Origin: Octopus sinensis
Lineage: Eukaryota
Direction: 5' to 3'
Length of the DNA: 64,000 bases
Assembly: GCF_006345805.1 (NCBI RefSeq)
Contig: NC_043022.1
Span: 23,622,001-23,686,000 of the forward strand
The position numbers and the translations under genes were made by a program. Shown here in pieces: positions 1 to 12,840 of the stretch; position 1 is the first letter of the stretch, and each line of letters opens with the position of its first letter. The notes beneath the pieces were generated by a model that made no database searches, was not told where the DNA came from, and worked only from the letters and a program-made list of their open reading frames with translations.

Positions 1-99
1 CCAAATCTAACTAGGCCTGATGAAGCCTTCCGGCTTCACAGACCCCAGTTGAACCGTCCAACCCATGCTAGCATGGAAAACGGACGCTAAACGATGATG

Positions 100-100
<1 letters not shown>
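1..100 (+). mobile_element. 3' end of SINE family C (GAT-repeat tail)
   Basis: gaccccagttgaaccgtccaacccatgctagcatggaaaacggacgctaaacgatgatga; same sequence family as 18153-18723, 23948-24289 and 60179-60500. Confidence 0.8.

Positions 101-192
<92 letters not shown>
99..192. repeat. (TA)n microsatellite
   Basis: Direct reading. One of many; other large ones at 3456-3652, 7300-7512, 8620-8678, 9270-9557, 38560-38642 and 60567-60645. Confidence 0.95.
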
Positions 193-194
193 GC

Positions 195-360
195 ATATGT
201 GAGTATAGGACGTCACAAAACATAACATGAAATACGAAGACAAACTTGGGTATGTGAACAATAAGAGAAACAAATGGAAAACAAGACAAGTAACAAAAAG
301 AACGACCCTTCATCAGTTGTCAGCTGTCCATCTACTCCTCATTTCGAGTAATTAACGACA
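195..360 (-). mobile_element. Probable Penelope-like element terminal fragment
   Basis: Minus strand reads gacagctgacaaCTGATGAagggtcgttctttttgttacttgtcttg, resembling octopus Penelope-type terminal repeats as I recall them; not searched. Confidence 0.35.
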
Positions 361-1189
361 GAGAGAGAGGGGGGGAGAGAGATTATACATCATCATCTTT
401 ATAAATGATGATGATTTGGATGATGATACATCTAGACACACGTTTGTATATAAATGTGCATATATATATATATATATATATATAAGCACACAGATATATA
501 TATGAACATATATACACACATACAATGAGTGATATGGTGGCACCATAAATATCCCTGCCTACATACCATCCAACTCCTGTTCTCATGCCAATATCAACCT
601 TCACTGAATCCAAGAATTTCAGTAAACACATATGAAGGCTTGTTTATTTATCTCACCTGTGTTCCAGTATTTCTCTCATATATACTATCTTTGATTCGCT
701 TTCTTACCCGTACCATTTCTTTTTGCACTGCCAACACCTACAATACCAGCACCACCTCCTCTCTGACTCTACGTCCCTGCCCAGACAGTACCACACCAAA
801 CTTTGATTTGCAATTCCTCAGAATGCTGCTATTCTTTTTGCTCTTGTTACTGTCATAGTATTTGTCGTTGTTACTGTTGTTGATTTGTTGTACTTGCTGT
901 TATAGTTGTTGTAGTTGTTGATGTTGCTGTTATTGTTCTATAACTACTAATGTTTTATTTGGATGGAATATTTCAGTTTCTCCAAATATATTACTACATA
1001 CACACATTTGTCATGGTCTTTAAACACACACACACATGTAACCTAGCAATTAGGTAAAAGAGACCAATAGAATACATACCAAAGTTTAAAAAATTAAGTA
1101 CTATGGTGGATTTGCTTAACTAAAACTTTTCAAGGTGGTGCCCCTGTATGACCACAATCCAATGACTGAAACAAGTAAAAGATAAATGC

Positions 1190-1224
<35 letters not shown>

Positions 1225-1232
1225 TATACATT

Positions 1233-1293
<61 letters not shown>

Positions 1294-2089
1294 CCTGTCT
1301 ACCACTCACTCATGCAACCATATATTTGGTGCTAGTGATGGAGGCCTGAGTGTATAATATATATCTACACTAGGTCTCGCACCCATTCTGTACTTGTTAA
1401 GCTCTATCTGCATCCACTTTTGCCTATTCCATATTCTCTCATCCCTCAATCACTCGTCTCCTGTTTTGCTATACTATACACCCATCACACACTTACTGCA
1501 AACCATTTCTATAACTGCATTGTTCCTCTCTCTTCCAATCTAGCATGTGTCTGACACAAGTTTTATCTCTTCCATCACAATGCCCAAATAACAAGTATTT
1601 GCATAAAATTGTATCAGAATGTGGTGTATGCGAGAGAATCGAAATAAGGACACCTACCTTCTCTTCACTCGACAGAGACCTTTCAGCGGTAATGGATCCT
1701 TCAATGCAGCCTGATCTGAACACTAGAAATAGCAGCTGCTTCTCCCCTACCTTAACAACGTGCTCACGCATCTCACTCCCTCGGCTACCTCGATTGAAAA
1801 AAGGCCGAATCCTGCCCTGCCTGCGCGCACGTCACTCCTGGTCCTTCCGGTCAGCTCCCTGGCTGCTGACGTCATCCCACACAGAAGAAGCACCTCCTCA
1901 ATTACCCACCCTGCCATCCTTCTCATTTAGGTCATGCTTTTATTGACAATTATCTCTTTTCCACCATTGCCATCTTGACTTACGCTCTCTTTTAAACAGT
2001 TTATCCACCGCTTAGCAACTTTTGCTTCGAGGTCCATTCTGACCTTGAGTAGTAGCACCTATCATGGTCCCAACTGAGTCATAGTATAT

Positions 2090-2330
2090 TGAAGTCATGA
2101 GATGCAGCATGGTGGATGTGAACTACTTTGGCAGATGAACTTATTGCATCAATGACAAATAATCCTAAATGCTGAATGGATGAACAGACAACAAACTGTC
2201 AATAACCCAGATCAACCAGTTCAGTTAGTGAACTACTGTTATCATTTGTAGTCGTAGAGAGTACAAATGGGGTATTTCAGTTCGTGAATGACCAATGTGA
2301 CTAAAACCCAGGCCAGACAGCGATGCCTCA
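2090..2330 (+). repeat. Dispersed old repeat (probable LINE 3' region), second copy at 48140-48365
   Basis: Shared blocks atggtggatg...gaacttattg...atgaacaga...tatttcag...aatgtgactaaaac in both places. Confidence 0.6.
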
Positions 2331-2575
2331 TCACCTGATTGGAATGTCTGGATGTATGGATGGGCGATTCTGCAAATCATGTCTTTGTCATCAGTGTCAC
2401 CTATTACTTATATCTGTCACTCTCTCTTACTACTGACTATAAGCATGTAGCTGTGGTTGGTGTCTCATGTCAATATCAAGTGGGTATATTTTTCATGCCA
2501 CCAGCACTGGTAATGACAGCCTCATAACTTGCAGAGCTAAGGACCTAAAGTAGCCACTATAACTAAGGGAGAGAA

Positions 2576-2809
2576 TAAGGTGGCAAGCTGGCAGACACGT
2601 TAGCACGCCAGGCGAAATGCTTAGCGGTATTTCGTCTGTCGTTATGTTCTGAGTTCAAATTCCGCCGAGGTCGACTTTGCCTTTCATCTTTTTGGGGTCG
2701 ATAAATTAAATACCAGTTGTGCACTGGTGTCGATGTAATCGACTTAATCCGTTTGTCTGTCCTTGTTTGTCCCCTCTATGTTTAGCCCCCTGTGGGCAAT
2801 AAAGAAATA
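2576..2809 (+). mobile_element. SINE family A, full length, with perfect 18-bp TSD
   Basis: tRNA-like head ggtggcaagctggcag...gagttcaaattcc; central gcctttcatc...ggggtcgataaattaaataccagtt domain; TSD tataactaagggagagaa at 2558-2575 and 2810-2827. Confidence 0.9.
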
Positions 2810-3559
2810 TATAACTAAGGGAGAGAAGAGTGGACAATGTTTCTAGGTTGAGGGATGAGGGACAGCAAGTAAGAAAAGAGAATGGGGGAATATAGTGGGG
2901 AACAAGGGAAAAGGAAATGATTAATGATGGATTGTTGAGTAAAAGGAAAGGATAGTTGGAAAGTGATAAGATGTGTAAGAAGTGTGTCTATAGCTATCCA
3001 ACATTATAATGGCTAAGTATGGACAGTGTATGAGGAGAAGAGACAGGAAGGGAAGAATAGCCTATGGTGGTGAGGGATCCTGAGAGTCATCAAAGGAATG
3101 AGACCTGCGGGACTTCATGAAGATAGGTCAGAAGTAGAAAGAAGAGGTGTTGAGGAAGCAGAGAAGCTGTGAGGAAAAGGAGATGGCACTAGAGGGTAGC
3201 ATATAGCTAGGGGAGGAAGATGAAGAGTGGAATATGATTGCTGTGGAAGAATCCTAGATTCAGAGGCAATGGAAAGGATGGAGAGAGAAAGAGGCTTAGG
3301 GAAACAATGGATGGGTACAGAGAGGGAAAGAAAAATTAGAGGGTATCCTAGAGATGTAAGGGTGGGTAATGAGATAAAGGTAGTTGGAGGTGTTGGATGA
3401 CAACAGAGGTAACTCAAGAGAGATTTTAGTGTTTGAGTGATGAGAGATGAGAGTTCTGGAAGGGAGATGTACGGTGATGGGGCATTATATAATATATTAT
3501 ATATATATATATATATCTTATATATATATATATATATAAATATTATATATATTTATATT

Positions 3560-3593
<34 letters not shown>

Positions 3594-3619
3594 ATATAAT
3601 TATATATATATATATTATA

Positions 3620-3665
<46 letters not shown>

Positions 3666-5228
3666 TTATGTATGTATGTATAGGTTCTTAATATAGCTTC
3701 TTAATCACTATTCCTGCTGTAGGGTGGGTTTTTTTTCATGAGTGGATGAGTGTTCTGCAGAACTGCATATCACTGTTCATTATAGTCCTATATCATCTCT
3801 TCTGTGATATGTAACATTTTCCAAGTCAGTTTTTAACCCAGGTCTCCCTTAGTTTTCCAGGTACCGGAAACTTGGAATGCTAAAACATTTTTTTATAATA
3901 AAATAATAATGAAATTATTGTATACAGTGCTCAGGTGCACCACATCATCCTCCATATGTATCATATGCCCGCATTAGTGTAGCCTCCTCTCTTGCATATT
4001 ACACATGATTCCTCTTATACCCAGTTAGCTCATTTGTACTCTTGCCTCCATGCACACTAACATTATGCATCCAATGGAGAATGCTAGATTCTTTTCTTTC
4101 TAGTTTTTGCAAGTGTTCTGGATTCACAGCACATATCCTACTATCATGCAGTATTACAGTGCTAACACAAGCATCTTATAATCTACCCTTCTCTTTATGG
4201 GAAAGACCTTTGTTGTCAGCAGTAGTAATATCACCCTGAATGTTTCTAACCCTATTTTACCTTCACTACTATACATTCGGAGCTAATTTCCTCACTAATT
4301 TACCCCTTTGAAGTAGCAGAAGCTACCAACTACTTTTAATGAGCCATTTGGGGATTTAAAAGAATCTATTTCCAGTGTGCTCATAGTACATATTGCTTCA
4401 GTGCATCTGTCACAATCAAAGTTTAACTTCTCTGTTAGTCAATCTGTGATTCTACTACACCTCTAGCTTGTCTATAACTTACATCAAGTACAGCATATGG
4501 AGTTTATACTGACTTTTTTTCTGCATACAGAGCAGGACTATTTCCCTGAAGATACTAGGGCCTTATCTTCTTGCCTACTTCTAACTAGAACTTTAGACTT
4601 TGCTATGTTTACCCTGAGGCATCATAAATCTAGGTTTTTGCCTGCATGCCTGGAATTTCCTCTCTAATTTCACAATAGATTCAGCTATGAGAAGTATGTC
4701 ATCATCACATAGGAGTTCCCATGGACAACCAATTTTAAATTCCTCTGTGATGGCCTGTAGGAGTATGATGAATAGAGGAGGACTGAAGACTGAGCTTAAA
4801 TTGATTCCTATTTTCACACTAAATTCATCACTGAAATTGTTAATTATTACTTTGCATACTGTATCCTTGTACATAACTTGTACAGAAAACCCTCACACAC
4901 CATTTATCTATACCTAATTCACTTAATGATCACCAAATTACTAAAAGTAGTACCTGTTGAATGCCCTTTCCAAGTCAACAAATGCCAAGAACAGTGGTTC
5001 ACTTTCAGCCAAGTATTTCTCCTGCAGTGTCTCACTTGGAAGATTGCATCAGTGTATGAAGCTAAACTTCCAGGTATGAAGCTGAACTTCATCTCATCTA
5101 CGTCGACTCTATTATGGATTAATAGTGCTGAATCTCATGACCTTCATAACCTGATCCAGTAGTTTGACTCCCTCAACCAAAGGCATCTCCTTTGCTTTTA
5201 TAACAATTTACAATGATATTGCTACACT

Positions 5229-5681
5229 GTGGAGGCGCAATGGCCCATTGGACTCATAGTTGTAGGATCGTGGTTTCAATTCCCAGACCGGGCACTGTAA
5301 GTGTTTATTGAGCAAAAACAACTAAAGCTCCACGAGGCTCTGGCAAAGGGTGGTGATGAACCCTGCTGTACTCTTTCACCACCACTTTCTCTCACTCTTT
5401 CTTCCTGTTTTGTTGTATCTGTATTTCAAAGAGCTAACCTTCTCACACTCTGTGGAGTGCTAAGCCACTTGCACGTTAATAAATGAGCTGTGCCGTCACT
5501 GGTGCCAAGCTGTATCGGCCTTTGCCTTTCCCTTGGATAACATCGGTGATGTGGAGAGGGTAAGCTGGTATGCATGGGCAACTGCTGGTCTTCCATAAAC
5601 AACCTTGCTCAGATTTGTGCCTCAGAGGGTAACTTTCTAGGTGCAATCCCATGGTCATTCATGACCGAAGGGGGTCATGCA
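5229..5681 (+). mobile_element. SINE family D inserted in the RTE LINE, 11-bp TSD
   Basis: Head ggaggcgcaatggccc...ggtttcaattcccagaccggg; TSD attgctacact at 5218-5228 and 5682-5692. Confidence 0.85.
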
Positions 5682-5747
5682 ATTGCTACACTATTGGGTA
5701 TGCCACTTCCTTGTATAACTTGATTGACTATCTGGATGTTAACAATG

Positions 5748-5965
5748 TATGAAGGGATACTGAAAAGTACCTGGCTTTGGGTATAAGAAAATACAGGAGG
5801 GTCAGTTAATTATGATTTTATTCAACACATTCCCCTCTTAGATTCACTTACTTGTTGCAGCAGTCCTTGTTTTTCTAAGCCCTGTGAAAGAACTTGGAAG
5901 GTTGGGCCTCCAACTAGGCTTTTCACAATACCCTTAAAGCCAGGACCTTTTCAGCACTTCCTCTA
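5748..5965. mobile_element. mariner-type MITE inserted in the RTE LINE
   Basis: Imperfect TIRs TA-tgaagggatactgaaaagtacctggcttt / aaagccaggaccttttcagcacttcctc-TA. Confidence 0.7.
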
Positions 5966-7297
5966 ATCCTACATTACTAGGTATTTTGAGCATCTTTGCA
6001 ACTGTCACTGATGGACCGACAGCTTTCCTCCCTCTTCATGTCCTTAATCACTTTATTTTTTGTTTGTTCATTGAAGCAATGAGGATCATCTAGTCATCCC
6101 TAATGATGTCTGATGACTTGCATAGTATCTTTGTTTAAAACAATGAAAGTTGTGCACTGTCAACTCACTCTGTTGTCTGTGACCATCTTCAATCCAGAGG
6201 CAAGACTAGATCAAGATGACTGGTGATGGTAACAGATGCAGTTGATGATCAAGATGTCTTAACTTGCTAAATCTTGCTCTTTGTTCTCCACAATCCATTG
6301 CTGCAGCCATCTTCTCTTCTTACGAACCATGAAGGTTTCTTCCACAGAGTTTGCTGGACCCATTCTTCACAAGCTCTAAGATGCTAATTAACCCACAGCT
6401 GGAACATTGACAAGTGCTATTACTCTGGGTTAGAGCAGATCTGATAAATATAAATCCCTTTACTGTCAACTTGAATTATTGGTGATTCTCCATGTCGAAC
6501 AACCTCTCAAAACAATACTTTTATGCCACTTGTTTCCCATATCCATGGCAAGAGTGCCTTCTTCACTTTGAATAAATTTCTCCTTTCCAGTTTTCTCTAT
6601 CCCACTGTCTTGCAATCCGGAACATTTCACACCACTGATCTTTACATTGAAAATGTATTGAGTCCTTCCTTATGTGATAGATCCCTTTATTTCCTATGTA
6701 TCACGTGTGTGTGCGTGCATGCGTGGTGTGTGTGTGCATGCATGTGTGGTGTGTGTGTGCATGTAGTGTGCATGTGCATGCATTGTAGTACACACACACA
6801 TACATACACACACACAGAGTCAACAGGTGAGATCTTGAGATGCTCAATATAGTCTGTGGGATAGAGACTGGCTATAAGAAAAATCCAGGTGAGCTGATGT
6901 GTATGGATATACATATGTATGTATATCTCTATGTATATATATCAAGCCTTACTTCATCACTCTCTCTCGCTCTCTCTCTCTATATATATTATATATATAT
7001 ATATATTATGCACGTACACACACACACACACATTGTCTATATTTATCTGTGTATATGTGTGTTAGTAAGTATGTATGGATGTAAACATATATGTGTAAGC
7101 AGAAGTATATATTTCTGTGCATCTGTACTGAGAAACAGAGGTGAATGCTTTCAATAATAGACAGACAGGGTTCTGAAATGTTGTTGTCATTCATTTCTAC
7201 TTCACAACGGTAAATAGCTTCTAACTATGGAGGTGGGGGTTTTGGTGATCCCCTGCGGTAGTCATATTACACATCACTGCACACTGCCTCAAAATAT

Positions 7298-7381
<84 letters not shown>

Positions 7382-7395
7382 ATACATACATACAG

Positions 7396-7454
<59 letters not shown>

Positions 7455-7461
7455 TATTATA

Positions 7462-7493
<32 letters not shown>

Positions 7494-7878
7494 GTATATA
7501 ATTATGTATATATATAGCAACAATGAATGAAATGTGTTAAACGATCTATTTTGCTTAGTGATGTGCCTTTTATCTCTCTCTCTTTCTCTCTCTCTGTATA
7601 TATATATATATTACATATATGTGTTTGTGTGTGAATAATGGGTGGTGGGTTGCAAATGTTATCACAAAGAAATTTAGAGTACTGAATATATGAAATAATT
7701 ATTATGATACTGTGGTTGTTGCTAACTATTGGTGCATGACTGTACATTTCACGCTCTAGGCAAATGCTTTACTTGTAGTAATCATCAGATGGATTTGAAA
7801 ACAAAGAGCCTCCATCATAGTAATAATTATGTAAGAATATTTTAAAAGGATGCTCACTGCGTGTGTATGTATTATACA

Positions 7879-7937
<59 letters not shown>

Positions 7938-8193
7938 GCATGTATGTATGTATTTGCATATACATGTGTGCATGTATATGCATGTGCATATATTATATAT
8001 ATACACATACATACATACATACATACATACATACATACATACATACATACAACATACACTTCAGCCCTTGAGTGACTCTGTTGATTCTGCTCAATATTAA
8101 TAAACACATACACATACTCTTATTTTGAGTTCTATTTTTCCTATTGCATCACTATACCTTAATTATAATTTGTATATTATTATTATATATTAT

Positions 8194-8224
<31 letters not shown>

Positions 8225-8245
8225 TATATAAATATATATAATAAA

Positions 8246-8406
8246 TATAATGGGGAAGGTTGGTTTATGGGATTACTCTGGGTTTCCAGTCCCAAAGGAT
8301 TTAGCTTTAGGGCATACCATCAGACCCCAAAACCTGTTGGTCTAAGATCGCTTCAAAATATGGCACGAGGAAAGGGTAATCCCATAAACAGGTCATCCCC
8401 ATTATA
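8246..8406. mobile_element. 161-bp MITE with 34-bp TIRs and TA ends
   Basis: 8246-8279 tataatggggaaggttggtttatgggattactct versus reverse complement of 8373-8406: 28/34 identical by manual alignment. Confidence 0.75.
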
Positions 8407-8622
8407 ATATACACTGCTCTACATCTTAAAGTGTGCTTCTTCTCTGGATTTATGTTTTCTACAAACGATATAAACATAAATATATGTATGATGGTCACTC
8501 TCACTGATTTCACTGCATGAGTGTTGAAAGAGGGGGTTTAAAGGAAAAACAAGTTGAGATGAGAAAAAGAAAAATGTAACACAAAGAAATATTTATATAT
8601 ATATGTCTAATTATATGTATAT

Positions 8623-8681
<59 letters not shown>

Positions 8682-9340
8682 GGATAATAAAGTGAGAATG
8701 AATTTTGAGCAACTGTTAACTTAATTTAATTTACTGAAAGGTATGGATGACTTAAGTATACTTTTAATAGCTAACCCACTTTGTGATCATGAGTGCACCA
8801 AACCTCATGTGTGCATATGCTCACATTTTTGCGGATGCTAGTATGAATGAGTGTACTCACATCATGCAGCTTGCCCGAGGGCATTTATACATCCATATCT
8901 GTTAACGGTTATTTTTAATACTCTTCCCGCTGGATTATGTGTTCATTTCTCTTTTTGCCATCAGTGATTTTATTTTCAATCTTCTATATAAATGAAGCTA
9001 TTTCCTCTGTCTGGGTGCTTTACTTTGTATAAAATGGAAAGTTCCATTGCAGAACAGTCATTTTAACAAGTTGCATTTACTTATCACTTGATGAGATACA
9101 TCTGCACTATGGGATGCTCCTAAACCAGTCATTGAGTGTCCCACCCATGAGGAATCGATACTAGATGTGTCAAAACAATTGTTGTGATTAATAATAAATT
9201 CTCGTATATTCCATCTTCCATTTGCTATGTATATATATATATAGCAAATGGAAGATGGAATATACGAGAATTTATTATATATATTTATTATATATATTTA
9301 TTATATATATTTATTATATATATTTATTATATATATTTAT

Positions 9341-9424
<84 letters not shown>

Positions 9425-9528
9425 TATATATATATAATATATATATATACATATATATATATATACATATATATACACACACACACATATATATATACAT
9501 ATATACATACACACATACACACACACAT

Positions 9529-9559
<31 letters not shown>

Positions 9560-9834
9560 ACAAAATTGTAATGAAATAAAAATAAAAGCTCTACATAATA
9601 CATTAAAATCCTAAAGGGGGCTTTTGAATCACTCTGTTTCTGTGCGTGCGCGCGTACATGCGTAATTAATGACACTGATAATTTTTTTAAAAATATGCTA
9701 ATTATCTGTGCCTACTTGCATACGATATTGTATATCTACTCGTTAATTATCTCATCACATCTTTGACAAATATGTTGGAGTTTCTGCTATGCTGACTATA
9801 GGCCTGAAACATGACAAAGTTGTCTCCCTTCTTT

Positions 9835-10450
9835 AATCATTTACTTGTTTTAGTCACTGGTTTGTGTGCCATGCTGGGGCACTGCCTTCAAGAGTTTTAA
9901 TCAAGAGAATCAACTCTTGTACTTATTTTTATAAAGTGTGATATTTATTCTGTTTGTCTCTTATGTGAAATGCTAAGATAAGGGAATGCAAACGAACCAA
10001 AACTATTTGCCAAGCATGATGCTGGACCAAACACAAAGACACAGATATATTCAAGCATATACATATATATATATACACACACTCGCATATAAACATGTAT
10101 ACATCCATCCATCCACATATATATATATATGTATATGTATGTATATTTATATACACACATGATGGGCTTCTTTCAGTTTCTGTCTATGACATCCACTCAT
10201 CAGGCTTTAGTAGAAAACATTTGCCCTAGCTGCCACACGGTAGGACTGAACCCGAAACCATGTAGTTGGGAAGCAAGCTTCTTACCACACACACACACAG
10301 AGCTTCATTCAATTTCTACTTACCACTTCCATACCCAAAACATTTGTCAGCCTGAGACTATATTAAAAGACACTTGCCAAAGATGTCTCAGTGAAACTGA
10401 ATCCCTAAAACCTAACTTTGCAAAGTGGATTTCTTAACCCCAAACCCTGT
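9835..10450 (-). mobile_element. Degraded copies of SINE family B (CORE-SINE-like)
   Basis: ttacttgttttagtcactgg...ggggcactgcc 3' half, and two 5' halves with ...gactgaacccgaaaccatg...cttaccacac. Confidence 0.7.
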
Positions 10451-10974
10451 AGCCATGTTTGCCCTTGTGCCTAAAAGAACTATTGCAAGTAAGAGATGTC
10501 AACTGTCTATGACTGATTATGAACTTCTAAACAAAATTCTAAATTCTTCAAAGGAGTAGCCGAGTTTAAAGAAATGATACCCACCCAAAATTCTTCACTT
10601 AACAGCAATATATTTATATATATCAATTCATAACTATTTATTATATATAAATATATATGTATATATTTATATTTGAATAATGATATATATATGTATGTGT
10701 GTGTGTGCATGTGTGTGTAAGGAGCTAAACTCTAAATTAATCAAATATCTCAATTAAATATTTTTTTGTTTTATTAATTTTACTTTTCTGTAGAAAAAAA
10801 TTTGAAAATATTGAATTCTTGAAATGTCTTAAGAATCCTTAGTTAGTTAATAAATAGCATTTGAAATATAATTAAGAGTAGCAGTTCTTAAACAGACAAA
10901 TTCCAGTTGAAAATATTGTTTCTGAATGAGACACATAAAGCCAGCAGTTTTGAAAAGAGGTAGCTAGGTACTGT

Positions 10975-11260
10975 GAAGGCATGTGGACCAGTGGTTAGGG
11001 TGTTGCACTCACAATCACAAAATCGGGGTTTCAATTCCTGAACCAGGTAGTGTGTTGTGTTCTTGAACAAAATACTTTATTTCATGTTCACATGTACAGG
11101 CAATGTTGATTTGATGGAGGGAGTGAGCTAATGCACAGCATAAACATTTGATAACTATAAGCAGTTCATCTGTGCAGGTTATTCACTAACATATTGCAGG
11201 ATCATCATTCCTGGAATTGAGAGAATACGAACAAGTTAGTGAATAGCATTGGCCCCTGTA
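10975..11260 (+). mobile_element. CORE-like SINE copy
   Basis: tRNA-like head gtggttagggtgttgcactc...ggtttcaattcctg, then gtgttgtgttcttgaacaaaatacttt (CORE-like). Related copies near 13885-14075 and 27125-27430. Confidence 0.6.
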
Positions 11261-11726
11261 CCTGATTGGCACTTTATTTTATTGTACAGAGGTGGCTTGT
11301 GCTAAGAAACTTGGTTCCAGGTTCAATCCCACTGCAAGGCACCTTGGGCTTAGTGACTAGATTTAGTAGGTGGAATCTGAAAGAAGCCCCATTGTGTGTG
11401 TTTGTCCTCTGCCACCACTTGACACAATTATTGGTGCGTTTTTGTTCCTGTAACTTAGCAGTTTGGCAAAAGTGACTGATAAAATGAGTACCAGGCTTAC
11501 AAAAAAGTACCACGAAAGACAAAGTTAACTTCACCAGCATTTGAACTCAGAATGTAAACAGCTTGAAGAATATTAGTGAAACAAATCAATCTCAGTACTT
11601 AATTTTGTTTTCAAGCTAGGTACTTATGCTATTGGTATCTGTTACTGAACTGCTAAGTTACAGGAACTTAAACACTCAAACACCAGTTGTCAAGTGGTTG
11701 CAGGGGATGAACACAGACACATAGTT

Positions 11727-11779
<53 letters not shown>

Positions 11780-12339
11780 TCAGGCTTCGTTCAGTTTCTG
11801 TCTAGCAAATCCACTCACAAGCTGTTTCTATAGGCACATATTATCATCAACCAATTTTTAATTCACATTTGCCTGCAAAATATCGTTTACCTGTTTCTGT
11901 CATTGAACTGTGGCCATGCTGGGGCACCATCATAAAGGGCTTAGTTGAACAAACCTCAGTATTTATTTTTAAGCCTGGTATTTATTCTATCAGGCTCTTT
12001 TACTGAACCACTAAGTTACAGAGCTGTAAACACACACACACACACAAATAATACCCAGAGCCATATGATTAGGAAGTGAGCTTCTTACCACAGAGCAATT
12101 CCTGTGCCTCCATACAGCCGTGCCTGTACCCCTACACAGCCATACCTGCAGCCTGTTACATGTTGGATATTAGTTAACTGAATAATATTCTAAAGCCTTG
12201 TTTGACGCTACCTAATACGAAAAATATTTTCATAGGTATAGGTTTGGTGATGCAAACTGGGAAAAGAGAACTCAAAACATGATTGTGTGCGTGTGTAAAT
12301 ACGCATATATACATGTGTATAAATATATATATATATATA

Positions 12340-12545
12340 CTCTTTTACTCTTTTACTTGTTTCAGTCATTTGACTGCGGCCATGCTGGAGCACCGCCTTC
12401 AGTCGAGCAAATCGACCTCGGGACTTATTCTTTGTAAGCCCAGTACTTATTCTATTGGTCTCTTTTGCCGAACCGCTAAGTGACGGGGACGTAAACACAC
12501 CAGCATCGGTTGTCAAGCAATGCTAGGGGGATAAACACAGACACA
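12340..12545 (-). mobile_element. SINE family B, young 3' half
   Basis: ctcttttactcttttacttgtttcagtcatttgactgcggccatgctggagcaccgcc..., CpGs intact. Confidence 0.85.
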
Positions 12546-12565
12546 CAAACACACACACACACAAC

Positions 12566-12636
<71 letters not shown>

Positions 12637-12638
12637 CT

Positions 12639-12802
12639 CAAAATAAGCCGCAAGAATATCTTCAGCCAAATTACCAAAGATATTCTTATTGTTTATTTTG
12701 ATTATAATCACCCCATGGATTTATATGGATAACACCATACAAAATTCTGGTGCATCTAGCTTAAGTACCATATTCATTTGAATCTAAATTTTTCTGAACT
12801 TT

Positions 12803-12805
<3 letters not shown>
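12639..12805. repeat. Short member of the fold-back family also found at 27831-28385
   Basis: 24-bp arms caaaataagccgcaagaatatctt / aagatattcttattgtttattttg (20/24), then the same ~100-bp tail attataatcaccccat...gaatctaaatttt; flanked by (TA)n. Confidence 0.75.

Positions 12806-12840
<35 letters not shown>

Larger units (their letters stand above)
3705..6500 (-). mobile_element. Degenerate RTE-clade LINE (reverse transcriptase and C-terminal region), interrupted by a SINE and a MITE
   Basis: Minus-strand translations: GKAVGPSVTVAKMLK (~5990-6030), LAFVDLERAFNR (~4950-4990), FSVKIG..SVFSPPLFIILLQAITEEFKIGCPWELLCDDDILLIAES (4593-4874, decayed YADD), LERKESSILHWMHNVSV (~4060-4110). Stops and frameshifts present. 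Confidence 0.85.

Noticed and set aside
310-316. Hammerhead core CTGATGA on the minus strand
   Set aside because: No stem II or GAAA follows.
3437-9571. Many 60-125 aa ORFs rich in I/Y/C/V/H/T (and similar ones throughout the window)
   Set aside because: They are translations of (TA)n, (CA)n and (TATG)n microsatellites, which lack stop codons in some frames.
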